This document shows positions 36,178 to 45,459 of a stretch of DNA of 64,000 nucleotides, in pieces (position 1 is the stretch's first letter; the number at the start of each line of letters is the position of its first letter). A model generated the notes under the pieces. The model searched no databases. It was not told the DNA's origin and saw only the letters and a program-made list of their open reading frames with translations. This DNA is from Clostridia bacterium (GTDB lineage Bacteria; Bacillota; Clostridia; Christensenellales; UBA1242). Location of the stretch: NCBI GenBank assembly GCA_045538455.1, contig JAZSRL010000009.1, forward strand, positions 78,875 to 142,874, written 5' to 3'. The translations under genes were made by a program, and so were the position numbers.

Positions 36178-36975
36178 TTACACCAGACCTCCTTCTTTTT
36201 TATTGTTGCCGATGCGTGATAGGCGGTTTGTAATGAAAACAGACAAGCCGACCAAAGCTAACAAGACTAAAGCTATGACAGCTGCTCCGGATTTGTTGTC
36301 TTTGGTGAACATGATGTTTAATTGTTCGCCAATCATAAAGGTACTTTGGTTGCCCAAGTATTCACTCATGTAGTAGGTCGAAACAGCTGGGGTGAAGACC
36401 ATTAAGAAGCCGCTAATGATACCCGACATTGACAAAGGTAAAACGACTTTGAAAAAGGTTACCATCGGGGAAGCCCCCAAGTCGGCACTAACTTCTAAAT
36501 ATGAATGAGGGATACCAGTAATAACCAAATAAATTGGCATTAACATGAAAGGTAAGTAGTCAATGATTAAACCCAAGGTTAACAAAGTTTCGCCGGCAGG
36601 AATACCAACCAAGGAAGCCAAGTTTTTTAGAGCAATGGTGCGTAACAAACCGTTAATCCACATGGGAGCGACCAAAGCCATTAAAACCATGTATTGTGCG
36701 GTTTTGGAACGAATTTTGGCAATGGTATATGCTAAAGGGTAACCAATCAAGATGCAAACCAAGGAAGCGGTTAAAGCAATACGCAAACTGCGTCCGATTG
36801 TGGCCCATTGGCTGCTGTCGGTGAAGAAAGCCGAAACTTCGGCAAAAGAGAAACTACCTTCGCCGAAAAACGCGTAGCCGAACAACATAAACAAGGGAAC
36901 GACCACAAAGATGAACATATAAATGAGATAAGGAAGGGCAAATAAACTGCGTGAGTTAAAATTATTCTTTTTCAT
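36178..36975 (-). CDS. potB: spermidine/putrescine ABC transporter permease PotB
   Basis: 265 aa, 6 TM helices, VSADLGASPMVTFFKV EAA loop. Confidence 0.85.
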   Translation of the reverse strand: MKKNNFNSRSLFALPYLIYMFIFVVVPLFMLFGYAFFGEGSFSFAEVSAFFTDSSQWATIGRSLRIALTASLVCILIGYPLAYTIAKIRSKTAQYMVLMALVAPMWINGLLRTIALKNLASLVGIPAGETLLTLGLIIDYLPFMLMPIYLVITGIPHSYLEVSADLGASPMVTFFKVVLPLSMSGIISGFLMVFTPAVSTYYMSEYLGNQSTFMIGEQLNIMFTKDNKSGAAVIALVLLALVGLSVFITNRLSRIGNNKKEGGLV

Positions 36976-38392
36976 CGTGGCGCACCTTAATGTCTTCTTT
37001 TTTAATTACTAGACCCACGCGGTCATCGGTGTTCCAGTCGTACGGCGTATCCACGATTAATGCCGTATCATTATCTAACCAGATTTTAACTTGGTAGTAT
37101 TTGCCCTTATAAATCATGTCGGTAATGTTACCGCTAATTTGTCCTTCATCTTCGTTATCAGTTAAGTCAATTTTGTCAAAGTCGATAGTCGCAATTACGC
37201 GGTCGCCTTTGTTGAAAGTTTCACCTGCGGCTGGGATAAATTCAAAATCGGTGTCACCAATGGAAATGGTGTTTTCGCCGGTGATTTCAGTTTTGTATTC
37301 GTTAGTAATGCAGTCTTTCGGCATAACATGAATGCCGTCGGGTGCAATGCTCATCATAATTTTTTCGCCAATCGGGAAAGTTTTCGTATTTTTTATCGAC
37401 AATTCGTAGTTATCCAAAACTACGGTAATATCGTAGAATGTGCCCTTAAAAACAACATTCATGACTGTGCCTTCGAATTGTGGTTCGCGGGGGTTAATTT
37501 TAATATCTTCTGGACGAATCAGAATATCAACTGGTTCATTCGCTTCAAAACCTTTGTCGGTGCAAGGGAATTGGTGTCCAAAGAATTCCACTAAGTTGTC
37601 TTTAATCATTTTGCCCGAAATAATATTACTTTCGCCAATGAAGTCTGCGGTAAACGCATTTTGTGGTTCGTCATAGATTTTCTTTGGTGTTCCTACCTGT
37701 TGAATTTGACCGTCACGCATGACAACAATGGTGTCACTCATGGTCATCGCTTCTTCTTGGTCGTGAGTAACGAAAATGAAAGTGATGCCCAATTCTTTGT
37801 GTAAACGGCGTAATTCAATTTGCATCTCTTTACGCATTTTTAAATCAAGTGCGGATAATGGTTCGTCTAAAAGTAAAACTTTTGGTTCGTTAACAATCGC
37901 ACGCGCAATTGCAACGCGTTGTTGTTGACCGCCGGATAAACTGTTAATATCACGGTGTCCGTAAGCTTCTAAGTCCACCATGCGTAAGGCACGATTAACT
38001 TTATCAGCAATTTCTTGTTGACTCAGCAAACGATAGCCCTTTTTGCTGTTTGCATCGGGAACGGTTTTCAATTTTAAACCGTAAGCGATATTGTTAAACA
38101 CATTTAAATGTGGAAACAACGCGTATTTTTGGAAAACCGTGTTGATATTGCGTTTGTGGGGAGGTACTGATGTTACATCTTCGCCTTCCAAATAAATTTC
38201 CCCCGCAGTTGGTTGTTCAAAGCCCGCCAACATACGCAAGATTGTCGTCTTTCCACAACCAGATGGACCAAGAATGGTTACGAAATCTCCTTTTTTAATG
38301 GATAAGGAAACATCGTCAACGGCCTTCTCTTTGTCGTAGATTTTTACGACATTTTTTAGTTCGATAATTTTTTCTCCTGTGAATTTTGCCAC
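36962..38392 (-). CDS. potA: spermidine/putrescine ABC transporter ATPase PotA with extended C-terminus (476 aa)
   Basis: GPSGCGKTT, LSGGQQQRVAIARA and LLLDEPLSALD motifs. Two TOBE-like segments lie C-terminal. GTG start. Confidence 0.85.
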   Translation of the reverse strand: MAKFTGEKIIELKNVVKIYDKEKAVDDVSLSIKKGDFVTILGPSGCGKTTILRMLAGFEQPTAGEIYLEGEDVTSVPPHKRNINTVFQKYALFPHLNVFNNIAYGLKLKTVPDANSKKGYRLLSQQEIADKVNRALRMVDLEAYGHRDINSLSGGQQQRVAIARAIVNEPKVLLLDEPLSALDLKMRKEMQIELRRLHKELGITFIFVTHDQEEAMTMSDTIVVMRDGQIQQVGTPKKIYDEPQNAFTADFIGESNIISGKMIKDNLVEFFGHQFPCTDKGFEANEPVDILIRPEDIKINPREPQFEGTVMNVVFKGTFYDITVVLDNYELSIKNTKTFPIGEKIMMSIAPDGIHVMPKDCITNEYKTEITGENTISIGDTDFEFIPAAGETFNKGDRVIATIDFDKIDLTDNEDEGQISGNITDMIYKGKYYQVKIWLDNDTALIVDTPYDWNTDDRVGLVIKKEDIKVRHDEKE

Positions 38393-38428
38393 TGCATAAA
38401 ACCCTACCTTTTTGTTTAAATTTTTTGC

Positions 38429-38480
38429 TAAATAGCATTAAAAATTGAGTTATTATGCTATTTACAGAACGCATTGTCAA
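38429..38480 (-). promoter_or_regulatory. pot operon promoter with a 10-bp inverted repeat whose promoter-side arm overlaps the -10
   Basis: On the minus strand, TTGACA (38480-38475)-17-CATAAT (38457-38452). TAAATAGCAT (38429-38438) and ATGCTATTTA (38455-38464) are perfect inverted repeats 16 nt apart. Confidence 0.55.
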
Positions 38481-38492
38481 TAATAAATTTTG

Positions 38493-38948
38493 ATGAGCCG
38501 AACTGCTTACATTACTAACATTTTTGTGCGTGGTTTTTTTATTTTTATCGTCGTTTATTTGCTGCTGCGACAGCTGTTTTGGGCGTTATTTTTGGCGGTC
38601 GGGATTAATGTTATTTATGAGTTGACGGCGGGGCGGAAGTTCTGGCAAGCGTGGCGGAACGCGCCGAAAAAAACGCGGCGGAATTGGCGTATTGTCTTAC
38701 GGGATTTGTGGCGGCGTGCCTTTGCGCGTGAACGGACGAAAGGGTTAGTTTTTGCGGGCATCATTTTGCTGTTGACCAGTTATGTGGTCAAGTTTCAAGT
38801 CTATTATATATTAGTAGCATGTTTGGTTTTTACCTTAGCAGCAATTAGCCGCTTTGCACCGCCGACAAAATCTGATACAATAAAACATGAACCGTCGGGA
38901 GACACAAGTATGGGCACAACAACTAGCACACCGCCTACAACAAAGTAA
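38493..38948 (+). CDS. hypothetical Arg/Trp-rich membrane protein
   Basis: About 4 TM helices and a Thr/Pro tail. The 3' end overlaps tsaE by ~60 nt in another frame. Confidence 0.45.
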   Translation: MSRTAYITNIFVRGFFIFIVVYLLLRQLFWALFLAVGINVIYELTAGRKFWQAWRNAPKKTRRNWRIVLRDLWRRAFARERTKGLVFAGIILLLTSYVVKFQVYYILVACLVFTLAAISRFAPPTKSDTIKHEPSGDTSMGTTTSTPPTTK

Positions 38949-39291
38949 TGGTGGTGTTGTGTTGTTGCATGGTGCTATGGGCGCCGGCAAGACCACTTTT
39001 GTGGGTGATGTCGTGCGCGCTTTGTGTCCCGATGCGATGCCAGCCAGTCCGACTTTTACCATTATTAACCAGTACGCCGAAAATATTTTTCATGCGGATT
39101 TGTATCGTTTATGGGAAAACGAAAACCAAACAATTGAGGCGGTGATGCAAGAGACGGGTTTGATTGATTTATGTGTACCCGGTAACTATGTTTTTATTGA
39201 ATGGCCAAATGATTTGCAAATACCTAATGCCATTAAAATTACCATTGAAGTCAAGGAGGACGGGGAGCGTGAATTTACTGTTATTGGATAG
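38887..39291 (+). CDS. tsaE: tRNA t6A biosynthesis ATPase TsaE
   Basis: LHGAMGAGKTTFV P-loop, PTFTIINQY and HADLYRL. Confidence 0.85.
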   Translation: MNRRETQVWAQQLAHRLQQSNGGVVLLHGAMGAGKTTFVGDVVRALCPDAMPASPTFTIINQYAENIFHADLYRLWENENQTIEAVMQETGLIDLCVPGNYVFIEWPNDLQIPNAIKITIEVKEDGEREFTVIG

Positions 39292-39640
39292 TACACAACC
39301 CCAGTTAGTTGTCGCTTTGGCGGTAGACGGTGCAATTACGGTGACCAAAACTTGTGACGAACAAAGGCAACATGATAAAAATGTAAACCGCTTGATTCGT
39401 GAATTAGGTGTTCCTAAATTTGATGCGGTGGCTGTGGTGACGGGGCCGGGGTCATGGACGGGAATTCGTGTTGGATTAGCGGTGGCCAAAGCTTTTGCTT
39501 ACGCGCAAAAGATTCCAGTCATTGCCTTGACCCAAAAATTAGATGTAGAAGAAGCGATGCGTAAATATCAAGCGGGTGAAACGGTAGATCCATTTGCTTT
39601 GCAACCATTCTATAATGGTGAGTTTATTGTGAAACAGTAA
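39269..39640 (+). CDS. tsaB: TsaB-like protein, N-terminal domain only (~123 aa)
   Basis: LLLDSTQPQLVVALA...VTGPGSWTGIRVGLAVAKAFAYAQKIPVIAL. GTG 39269 is 8 nt after AAGGAGGA and overlaps the tsaE end. Confidence 0.7.
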   Translation: MNLLLLDSTQPQLVVALAVDGAITVTKTCDEQRQHDKNVNRLIRELGVPKFDAVAVVTGPGSWTGIRVGLAVAKAFAYAQKIPVIALTQKLDVEEAMRKYQAGETVDPFALQPFYNGEFIVKQ

Positions 39641-39646
39641 AGTTCG

Positions 39647-39676
39647 TTGACGGAAGTTTTGAGTTCGTGATAGAAT
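39647..39676 (+). promoter_or_regulatory. sigma-70-type promoter
   Basis: TTGACG-18-TAGAAT. Confidence 0.45.
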
Positions 39677-39758
39677 GGAAATCTTGTCAAAAACGCGGCT
39701 TTGTGATTTTTTATCGAAAAGCAAGAAAAACAAAATAAAAACAAAAGGAAATTTAAAA

Positions 39759-40019
39759 ATGGGAAATGACATTAGAGAAAACAAGCATTTTAAGCGTGCA
39801 AGTAAAAAAAGAGCATTTAGGCAAGATCTATTTTCAAAAATTCACAAAAAAGAAAGCAATTTGTTAAGGGAATTTTATGACTTATTTTATGCTGCGGAGG
39901 CAGGTGAGCTGTCAGAAGATATTTTAAATGCGACAACTGGACAAACTGCGGATTATGTTTGTGAAGTCTTTCATCAAAAAAAATTAAGGAATGGTAATTA
40001 CGAAGAACGCTCAATGTAA
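39759..40019 (+). CDS. hypothetical small basic protein
   Basis: I chose ATG 39759 (AAGGAA RBS) rather than track start 39675, which overlaps the -10 box. No family recognised. Confidence 0.4.
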   Translation: MGNDIRENKHFKRASKKRAFRQDLFSKIHKKESNLLREFYDLFYAAEAGELSEDILNATTGQTADYVCEVFHQKKLRNGNYEERSM

Positions 40020-40064
40020 TCATGTTTTAGGAAATAATTTGTTGAAGAAAAGTAGGTAGACCTA

Positions 40065-40094
40065 TTGACTTTGGGTAGTTTGGCATGGGATAAT
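40065..40094 (+). promoter_or_regulatory. sigma-70-type promoter sharing its -35/spacer sequence with the paralog 9 promoter
   Basis: TTGACT-18-GATAAT. TATTGACTTTGGGTnGTTTG matches 32432-32451 at 19 of 20 positions. Confidence 0.5.
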
Positions 40095-40117
40095 GAAAGT
40101 ATCAAAAGGAGATAATT

Positions 40118-40312
40118 ATGGCAAAATTTGATTTAGATGCAGAAATGATGGAAGATTTGATGGCTGCAGATGACAAAATTCAAGCAATGTTTGAAACTGC
40201 AAGTACACCAAAATTGCGTTGTTTAGTAAAAGATGCATTTCACAAAGATGCTGTGAAAAAGAACCATCAACCAAATAAAAACATACAATCAAACAATGTA
40301 AACGAAAAATAA
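40118..40312 (+). CDS. hypothetical small acidic protein
   Basis: 64 aa with AAAGGAG RBS. Confidence 0.5.
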   Translation: MAKFDLDAEMMEDLMAADDKIQAMFETASTPKLRCLVKDAFHKDAVKKNHQPNKNIQSNNVNEK

Positions 40313-40395
40313 TTTTTGAAGTAATCAATGAATTACGAAAATTTGTCATCAGTTTTGCAATAATTAACAAATTTCAAAAATAAGGAGAAATAAAC

Positions 40396-40830
40396 ATGAA
40401 ACATTATGAAAATAAAATTTGTTTGGAAGAAAAATCAGTCATTCGTAGTATTGTCAAAGAATTAATTGAAAAAAACTTAACGGAAGATTTTAAAAAATCA
40501 GATTTGGCAGCGAATAAAGATTTTTTAGCTTCATTTGAGAATGAAATTTCTAGTTCAGTTGTGAGAGCGTTTAAGTCAAAAGGTTATAACGAATATGACG
40601 AAATTAACACAGCAGAAGTTATTGAATTTACAGATAATTTAATTTTTGGTCGTTTGCGTTATAAGAACCGTATGGCAGTAGCGGAAAATTCAAAAAAATT
40701 AGCGAAACTTAAATCTGATGATTTCCACAAAGGAAACAAAGAAACATTAGCAGAAACTCGTTTGGGTTATGCTATTCCAGGCGCTCAAAGTATTAAATCA
40801 TTGGGTCAAAGTTTCATTAAAGTTAATTGA
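40396..40830 (+). CDS. hypothetical protein
   Basis: 144 aa with AAGGAG RBS. No family recognised. Confidence 0.55.
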   Translation: MKHYENKICLEEKSVIRSIVKELIEKNLTEDFKKSDLAANKDFLASFENEISSSVVRAFKSKGYNEYDEINTAEVIEFTDNLIFGRLRYKNRMAVAENSKKLAKLKSDDFHKGNKETLAETRLGYAIPGAQSIKSLGQSFIKVN

Positions 40831-40850
40831 TGATTTAAGCGTAAAATAAA

Positions 40851-40920
40851 AAAGTCCGTATGTGTAATAGAAAAACCGAATAAGTGGTGCAATTCATATA
40901 TTACATTATGCGGACTTTTT
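40851..40920 (+). terminator. long imperfect hairpin plus T-run, overlapping the start codon of the next gene
   Basis: AAAGTCCG (40851-40858) pairs with CGGACTTT (40911-40918). Inner TGTGTAAT/ATTACAT pairing. T-run 40916-40921. Confidence 0.45.
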
Positions 40921-41597
40921 TGTTGCTTCACGGTTGGGGTGGTAATGCAGATAGTTTTACGCCGCTTAGTCAATATTTGGCAAGAATTCCGGACTGTCAA
41001 GTTTTGACACCCAGTTTTCTTTGTCCACCGTGTGAAGTTTATACTTTGGACGATTATGTCGATGATTTGGAAAATTATCTTCGGCAATACAATGTGACAC
41101 GCTGTGTTGTGATTGCTCATTCTTTTGGGGCGCGGTTGGTGGCGCTAATGAATGTGCGGTATCCGAAATTGTTCACACAAATTATTATTACGGGTGGTGC
41201 GGGTTTGCGCTGTCGGTCTTTTCGCGTATGGTGGAAAGTTAAGTGGTATCGGTTGCTGCGGCGGTGCGGAGTGCGGGTACAAGGTGGCAGTCGGGATTAT
41301 CGTCAGCTGGACGCTAACGGAAAACGGACTTTTCAAAACATCATTCATCGGGATTTAACAGCGGAAGTTGCACAAATTACGGCACCAACCTTATTAATTT
41401 GGGGGACGCGGGACAAAGATACTCCGTTGTGTCAAATGCGCCGTTGGCAGCGGTTGGTGCCGCACGCGGAAAAAATTTGTTATCGCGGCAAAGGGCATTT
41501 TGCCTATTTAGAAGACAGTGCGCGTTTTATCAATGATGTGATGCGTTTTTTGCGCAAACACGAATGGAGGAGTAATGATGTGGCACGGAATGCATGA
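40908..41597 (+). CDS. alpha/beta hydrolase
   Basis: LLLHGWGGNADSF and the nucleophile elbow IAHSFG. ATG 40908 chosen. Confidence 0.75.
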   Translation: MRTFLLLHGWGGNADSFTPLSQYLARIPDCQVLTPSFLCPPCEVYTLDDYVDDLENYLRQYNVTRCVVIAHSFGARLVALMNVRYPKLFTQIIITGGAGLRCRSFRVWWKVKWYRLLRRCGVRVQGGSRDYRQLDANGKRTFQNIIHRDLTAEVAQITAPTLLIWGTRDKDTPLCQMRRWQRLVPHAEKICYRGKGHFAYLEDSARFINDVMRFLRKHEWRSNDVARNA

Positions 41598-42810
41598 ACT
41601 TTTATATAAGATGCAGTTGGTGGGGTACGACAGTGGCGCGTATTGGGATTTGGTTCCAAAAAATACACAGGGGCGGGTTAAGGTAACGGCGCGTATCAAA
41701 CGGTTGCGTGTGGTAACTATCTTATTATGTATGGTTGGATTGGGGTTGCCGTTGTTATGTTTAGCGCAAACGGTGGCGGTAGCGAGTTGGTTGTTAAGAC
41801 CTTATGAACAAAGCATGCAAAAAAAATTTATTCGCAAAGCGCAGCAGAGATTAGCTAAGCGCTTAGATTTAATTCGTATTGGTATCACAGGAAGTTACGG
41901 TAAAACCACTGTTAAAAATATTTTAGCGCAGATGTTAAGCGTGAAGTACCGTGTGGTTGCTAGTCCGGCCAGTTTTAATACGCCTTTGGGATTTGCGCGT
42001 ACAATTAATGAAGATTTAAAGGCGGACACTCAAGTTTTGATTATGGAGATGGGTGCGCGGCGCCGTGGCGAAATCCGCGAATTATGTGAATTATTGCAAC
42101 CGCAACATGGCATTATTACCAGTATTGGCGCGTGTCATTTGGCAACCTTTGGCGATATTAAGACGGTGGCGCAAACCAAAGCCGAATTGTTTGCAGCTTT
42201 ACCTGCCGATGCTGTGGCGGTGACAGACGGTGACAATGAATACTGTCGAGCATTACAACATCCACACTTAACATTGGTGAAAGCGGCGGAGCAGCCAGTT
42301 TTTGTGACATCGTTGTTGGGGCAGCATCAACAAAAAAACATTCAAATGGCGGCAGCGTTGGCGCGAGCTTTAGGGGTGAGTGATAAAGATATACGCAGTG
42401 TGGTTAAAAACTTACAACCGACACCGCATCGTTTGGAACGCATTATTGCACCAAATGGCATTATTATTTTTGATGACAGTTACAATGCGAATCCAGTCAG
42501 TGCGCAAAGTGCTTTGGCGGTTATTCGTGAATATCCTACCCGCAAAGTTGTGCAAACGCCTGGTTTTGTGGAACAAGGTTCCAACGCGGCAGCAGCGCAC
42601 GCTACTTTTTGTCAACAGTTAAAAACCGTAGCCGATGCTGTAATTGTGGTCGGTGAAGTAAACCGTGATTATTTTGAGCAAGGTTTAGCGGATTGGGACG
42701 GTGATGTGGTTTATGTGCCTAATCGCGAAGCCGCAAAAAAAATATATCCCCAATGGCTCGGCAAAGGGGATATCTTGTTGATTATTAATGATTTACCCGA
42801 ACAGTATTAG
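41575..42810 (+). CDS. murF: MurF-type Mur ligase (UDP-MurNAc-tripeptide--D-Ala-D-Ala ligase) with atypical N-terminus
   Basis: [22 protein letters not shown] and DDSYNANP motifs. The N-terminal ~100 aa contain a hydrophobic helix instead of the usual domain 1. Confidence 0.75.
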   Translation: MMWHGMHELLYKMQLVGYDSGAYWDLVPKNTQGRVKVTARIKRLRVVTILLCMVGLGLPLLCLAQTVAVASWLLRPYEQSMQKKFIRKAQQRLAKRLDLIRIGITGSYGKTTVKNILAQMLSVKYRVVASPASFNTPLGFARTINEDLKADTQVLIMEMGARRRGEIRELCELLQPQHGIITSIGACHLATFGDIKTVAQTKAELFAALPADAVAVTDGDNEYCRALQHPHLTLVKAAEQPVFVTSLLGQHQQKNIQMAAALARALGVSDKDIRSVVKNLQPTPHRLERIIAPNGIIIFDDSYNANPVSAQSALAVIREYPTRKVVQTPGFVEQGSNAAAAHATFCQQLKTVADAVIVVGEVNRDYFEQGLADWDGDVVYVPNREAAKKIYPQWLGKGDILLIINDLPEQY

Positions 42811-43832
42811 TTGGCTTCGGTTGGTGCTGTATTGCCGTTCGTAAAGGTAGCTTTGACTTGGTTTAAAATTTCTTCTTTGATTTTCGGGTCGCTGTCTAAC
42901 CAAGCTTTTGTTGCTTCTTTACCTTGGGCAATGCGTTCGCCTTGGTAGCTAAACCAGCTGCCTGCTTTTTGAATGATATCATTGGCAATCGCTAAATCTA
43001 AGATGCAGCCTTCGTTGGAAATACCTTTACCGAAAGTAATTTCAAATTCAGCAATTTTAAATGGTGAAGCCAATTTGTTTTTGACAACTTTGACTTTGGT
43101 TTTGTTCGCAATAACTTCATCGCCTTGCTTGACGCTGCCGATACGGCGGACATCTAAACGCATTGATGAGTAGAATTTCAAAGCTTTACCACCCGGAGTA
43201 GTTTCTGGGTTTTGACCCGGCATCATCAAGCCAACTTTTTCGCGTAATTGGTTAATGAAAACTAAAGCGGTTTCGGTTTTGTTAATAATTGGTGTTAATT
43301 TACGCAAAGCTTGACTCATTAAGCGGGCTTGTAAACCGATGTGTGCATCGCCAATATCGCCATCAATTTCGGCGCGTGGAGTTAAGGCTGCCACACTGTC
43401 GATGATAATCAAATCAACACAACCAGATTCAACTAATTTGTGTGCAATGTCTAAACCTTGTTCGCCGCTGTCGGGTTGACTGATAATTAAGTCTTTAACA
43501 TTAACACCCAAGGCTTCGGCGTAGATGGGGTCCAAAGCTTGTTCGGCATCAATATAAGCGCAGGTTAAACCCATTTTTTGTGCTTCGGCAACAACATGTA
43601 AACAAACGGTAGTTTTACCACTAGATTCTGGTCCGTAGATTTCCGTGATGCGTCCGCGGGGAATACCGCCGATACCTAACGCATGGTCCAAGGTTAAACA
43701 ACCGGTCGAAATAACTTTGACATTACGCACAACGGGGCCATCACCCATTTTCATAATTGCGCCTTTACCATAAATTTTTTCAATGGTGGCTAAGGCTGCT
43801 TGCAATGCTTTACTTTTTTCTTGTTCTGCCAT
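42807..43832 (-). CDS. recA: recombinase RecA
   Basis: [27 protein letters not shown] and [12 protein letters not shown] 43832 chosen over the upstream TTG. Confidence 0.95.
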   Translation of the reverse strand: MAEQEKSKALQAALATIEKIYGKGAIMKMGDGPVVRNVKVISTGCLTLDHALGIGGIPRGRITEIYGPESSGKTTVCLHVVAEAQKMGLTCAYIDAEQALDPIYAEALGVNVKDLIISQPDSGEQGLDIAHKLVESGCVDLIIIDSVAALTPRAEIDGDIGDAHIGLQARLMSQALRKLTPIINKTETALVFINQLREKVGLMMPGQNPETTPGGKALKFYSSMRLDVRRIGSVKQGDEVIANKTKVKVVKNKLASPFKIAEFEITFGKGISNEGCILDLAIANDIIQKAGSWFSYQGERIAQGKEATKAWLDSDPKIKEEILNQVKATFTNGNTAPTEAN

Positions 43833-43848
43833 AATATAGTAAGGATAT

Positions 43849-45459
43849 ATGAAATTTCGCAATTTTGCAAATAGGTTCTTGCTGATTGCCTTGCTGGTGG
43901 TTTTGTCTTTGGGACAACCTGCGGTGCGAGCTGTAACTTTGTCGGTACAGACTTTAGATGCGCCAAGTGAGGTATCTAAGACATATTATTTTGATTATTT
44001 TAATTATCAAGGTATAGCTGATCAAAGTGTTTATGAATCTTTGGGCATTAAAGTTTATAATGATTATTTGTCAGCGGTACAAGCGGAGCGTGGTTTAAAA
44101 AATGTTGTCATTGCCGTGATTGATTCTGGTTTAAATCCAAATCATCCGGTTTTTAAAAATCGAATACTGGAAAACTATGCCATGGATTTTAGTCGTGGTG
44201 GCACCATGTCGGTGATTGCTAATCATTGGAATGTGGATAGCAATGGACATGGCACGCATGTGGCGGGTATCTTGGCGGATTTAACTTTGAATAATGTTAA
44301 AATTTTGCCAATTAAAATTATGGATGGAATTACTAACAATGTGATTGATGAGTTTGCGTTGGAAAATGCAATACGGTATTTAGTGGCATTGAAAAGAGGT
44401 GTTGCGGTTAAATTAGTTAACGAAGATGGTTATGAAGATGCAAGTTTAGTTTGCAATGCGGAACGCGCCCAACTGAATATTGTTGCGGTGAATATGAGTT
44501 TAGGGACCGTTAGTGGTTTTGATAAAACGAATGAAGAAGATATGGCGGATTTTCAGAATATGAAGTATGGATATACCGAAAATAATGTGCGTTATCCCGG
44601 TTATCAAGATTACATTGATCATTTAATCAAATATGATATTTTGCCGATTGTGGCGGCAGGTAATATTGTCAATAAAGAGAATAAGCGCAATACATATTAT
44701 TCTTTGCCTGGTGCTTGTGACGGAGTATTGTCTGTCTCGGCGTATAACAATACGCAAGTTGAGTATGCTTTGGCAGATTTTTCGTATCACAATGACTGTA
44801 TTAGTTTGGCGGCACCGGGGGTGAATATTTGGTCGGCATGCAGTCAAAACATCATTAATTTACTGAATACGGCGGGCAGTGTTGAAGAATATCATGATGA
44901 GTTTGGTTATTATTATAAATATTCTTATCGTGGGAAAAGTTGGTATGTACGGGAAGATGCAAATGATGTGTATTATTTACGCGAGCAAGGCACCAGTATG
45001 GCAACTCCGTTTGTAACCGCATGTTATGCGATGTTAATGAGCGATGTAAGTAAAACCAATGCAACAGATTTTGGGTTAACGGCTTGGGATACGAAAGGCA
45101 AAGATAAGGATTTCATGACAATCCAACATAAAGCTTTGTTGGCGGCAGCAGCTACTTATGCGGACAAAGGGGAAGCCGGACATGACGACTATTTTGGTTA
45201 TGGTGTTTTAAGTATGGCGTCTTTTGCAGCGGACGAGATTAGTGAACCGTTATTAGACATTGAATATGAAGTTGAGCCGAGTAAGAATTATCAAGATAAA
45301 GATTTATTTGGGCGTAATGAAGAAGAAGCGGATTGGTATCGTGTTTGTTGGATTTTGTTTTTGGGTGGATTTTTGATTTGGGGAATTTCTTATTTTAGGT
45401 CATACTTTAACAGGAGAAAGATTCATGACAACGAACCAAAGCAACCAACCTTTGAGTAA
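43849..45459 (+). CDS. S8 family (subtilisin-like) serine peptidase, secreted with C-terminal TM anchor
   Basis: VIDSGL (Asp), GHGTHVAG (His), GTSMATPFV (Ser), a signal peptide and C-terminal [21 protein letters not shown]. Confidence 0.85.
   Translation: MKFRNFANRFLLIALLVVLSLGQPAVRAVTLSVQTLDAPSEVSKTYYFDYFNYQGIADQSVYESLGIKVYNDYLSAVQAERGLKNVVIAVIDSGLNPNHPVFKNRILENYAMDFSRGGTMSVIANHWNVDSNGHGTHVAGILADLTLNNVKILPIKIMDGITNNVIDEFALENAIRYLVALKRGVAVKLVNEDGYEDASLVCNAERAQLNIVAVNMSLGTVSGFDKTNEEDMADFQNMKYGYTENNVRYPGYQDYIDHLIKYDILPIVAAGNIVNKENKRNTYYSLPGACDGVLSVSAYNNTQVEYALADFSYHNDCISLAAPGVNIWSACSQNIINLLNTAGSVEEYHDEFGYYYKYSYRGKSWYVREDANDVYYLREQGTSMATPFVTACYAMLMSDVSKTNATDFGLTAWDTKGKDKDFMTIQHKALLAAAATYADKGEAGHDDYFGYGVLSMASFAADEISEPLLDIEYEVEPSKNYQDKDLFGRNEEEADWYRVCWILFLGGFLIWGISYFRSYFNRRKIHDNEPKQPTFE

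Noticed and set aside
43867-43878. Possible LexA/Cheo (SOS) box upstream of recA (GAACCTATTTGC on the minus strand).
   Set aside because: Only the GAAC half-site fits the CGAAC-N4-GTTCG consensus, and the second half has two mismatches. This is too weak to call without other SOS promoters for comparison.
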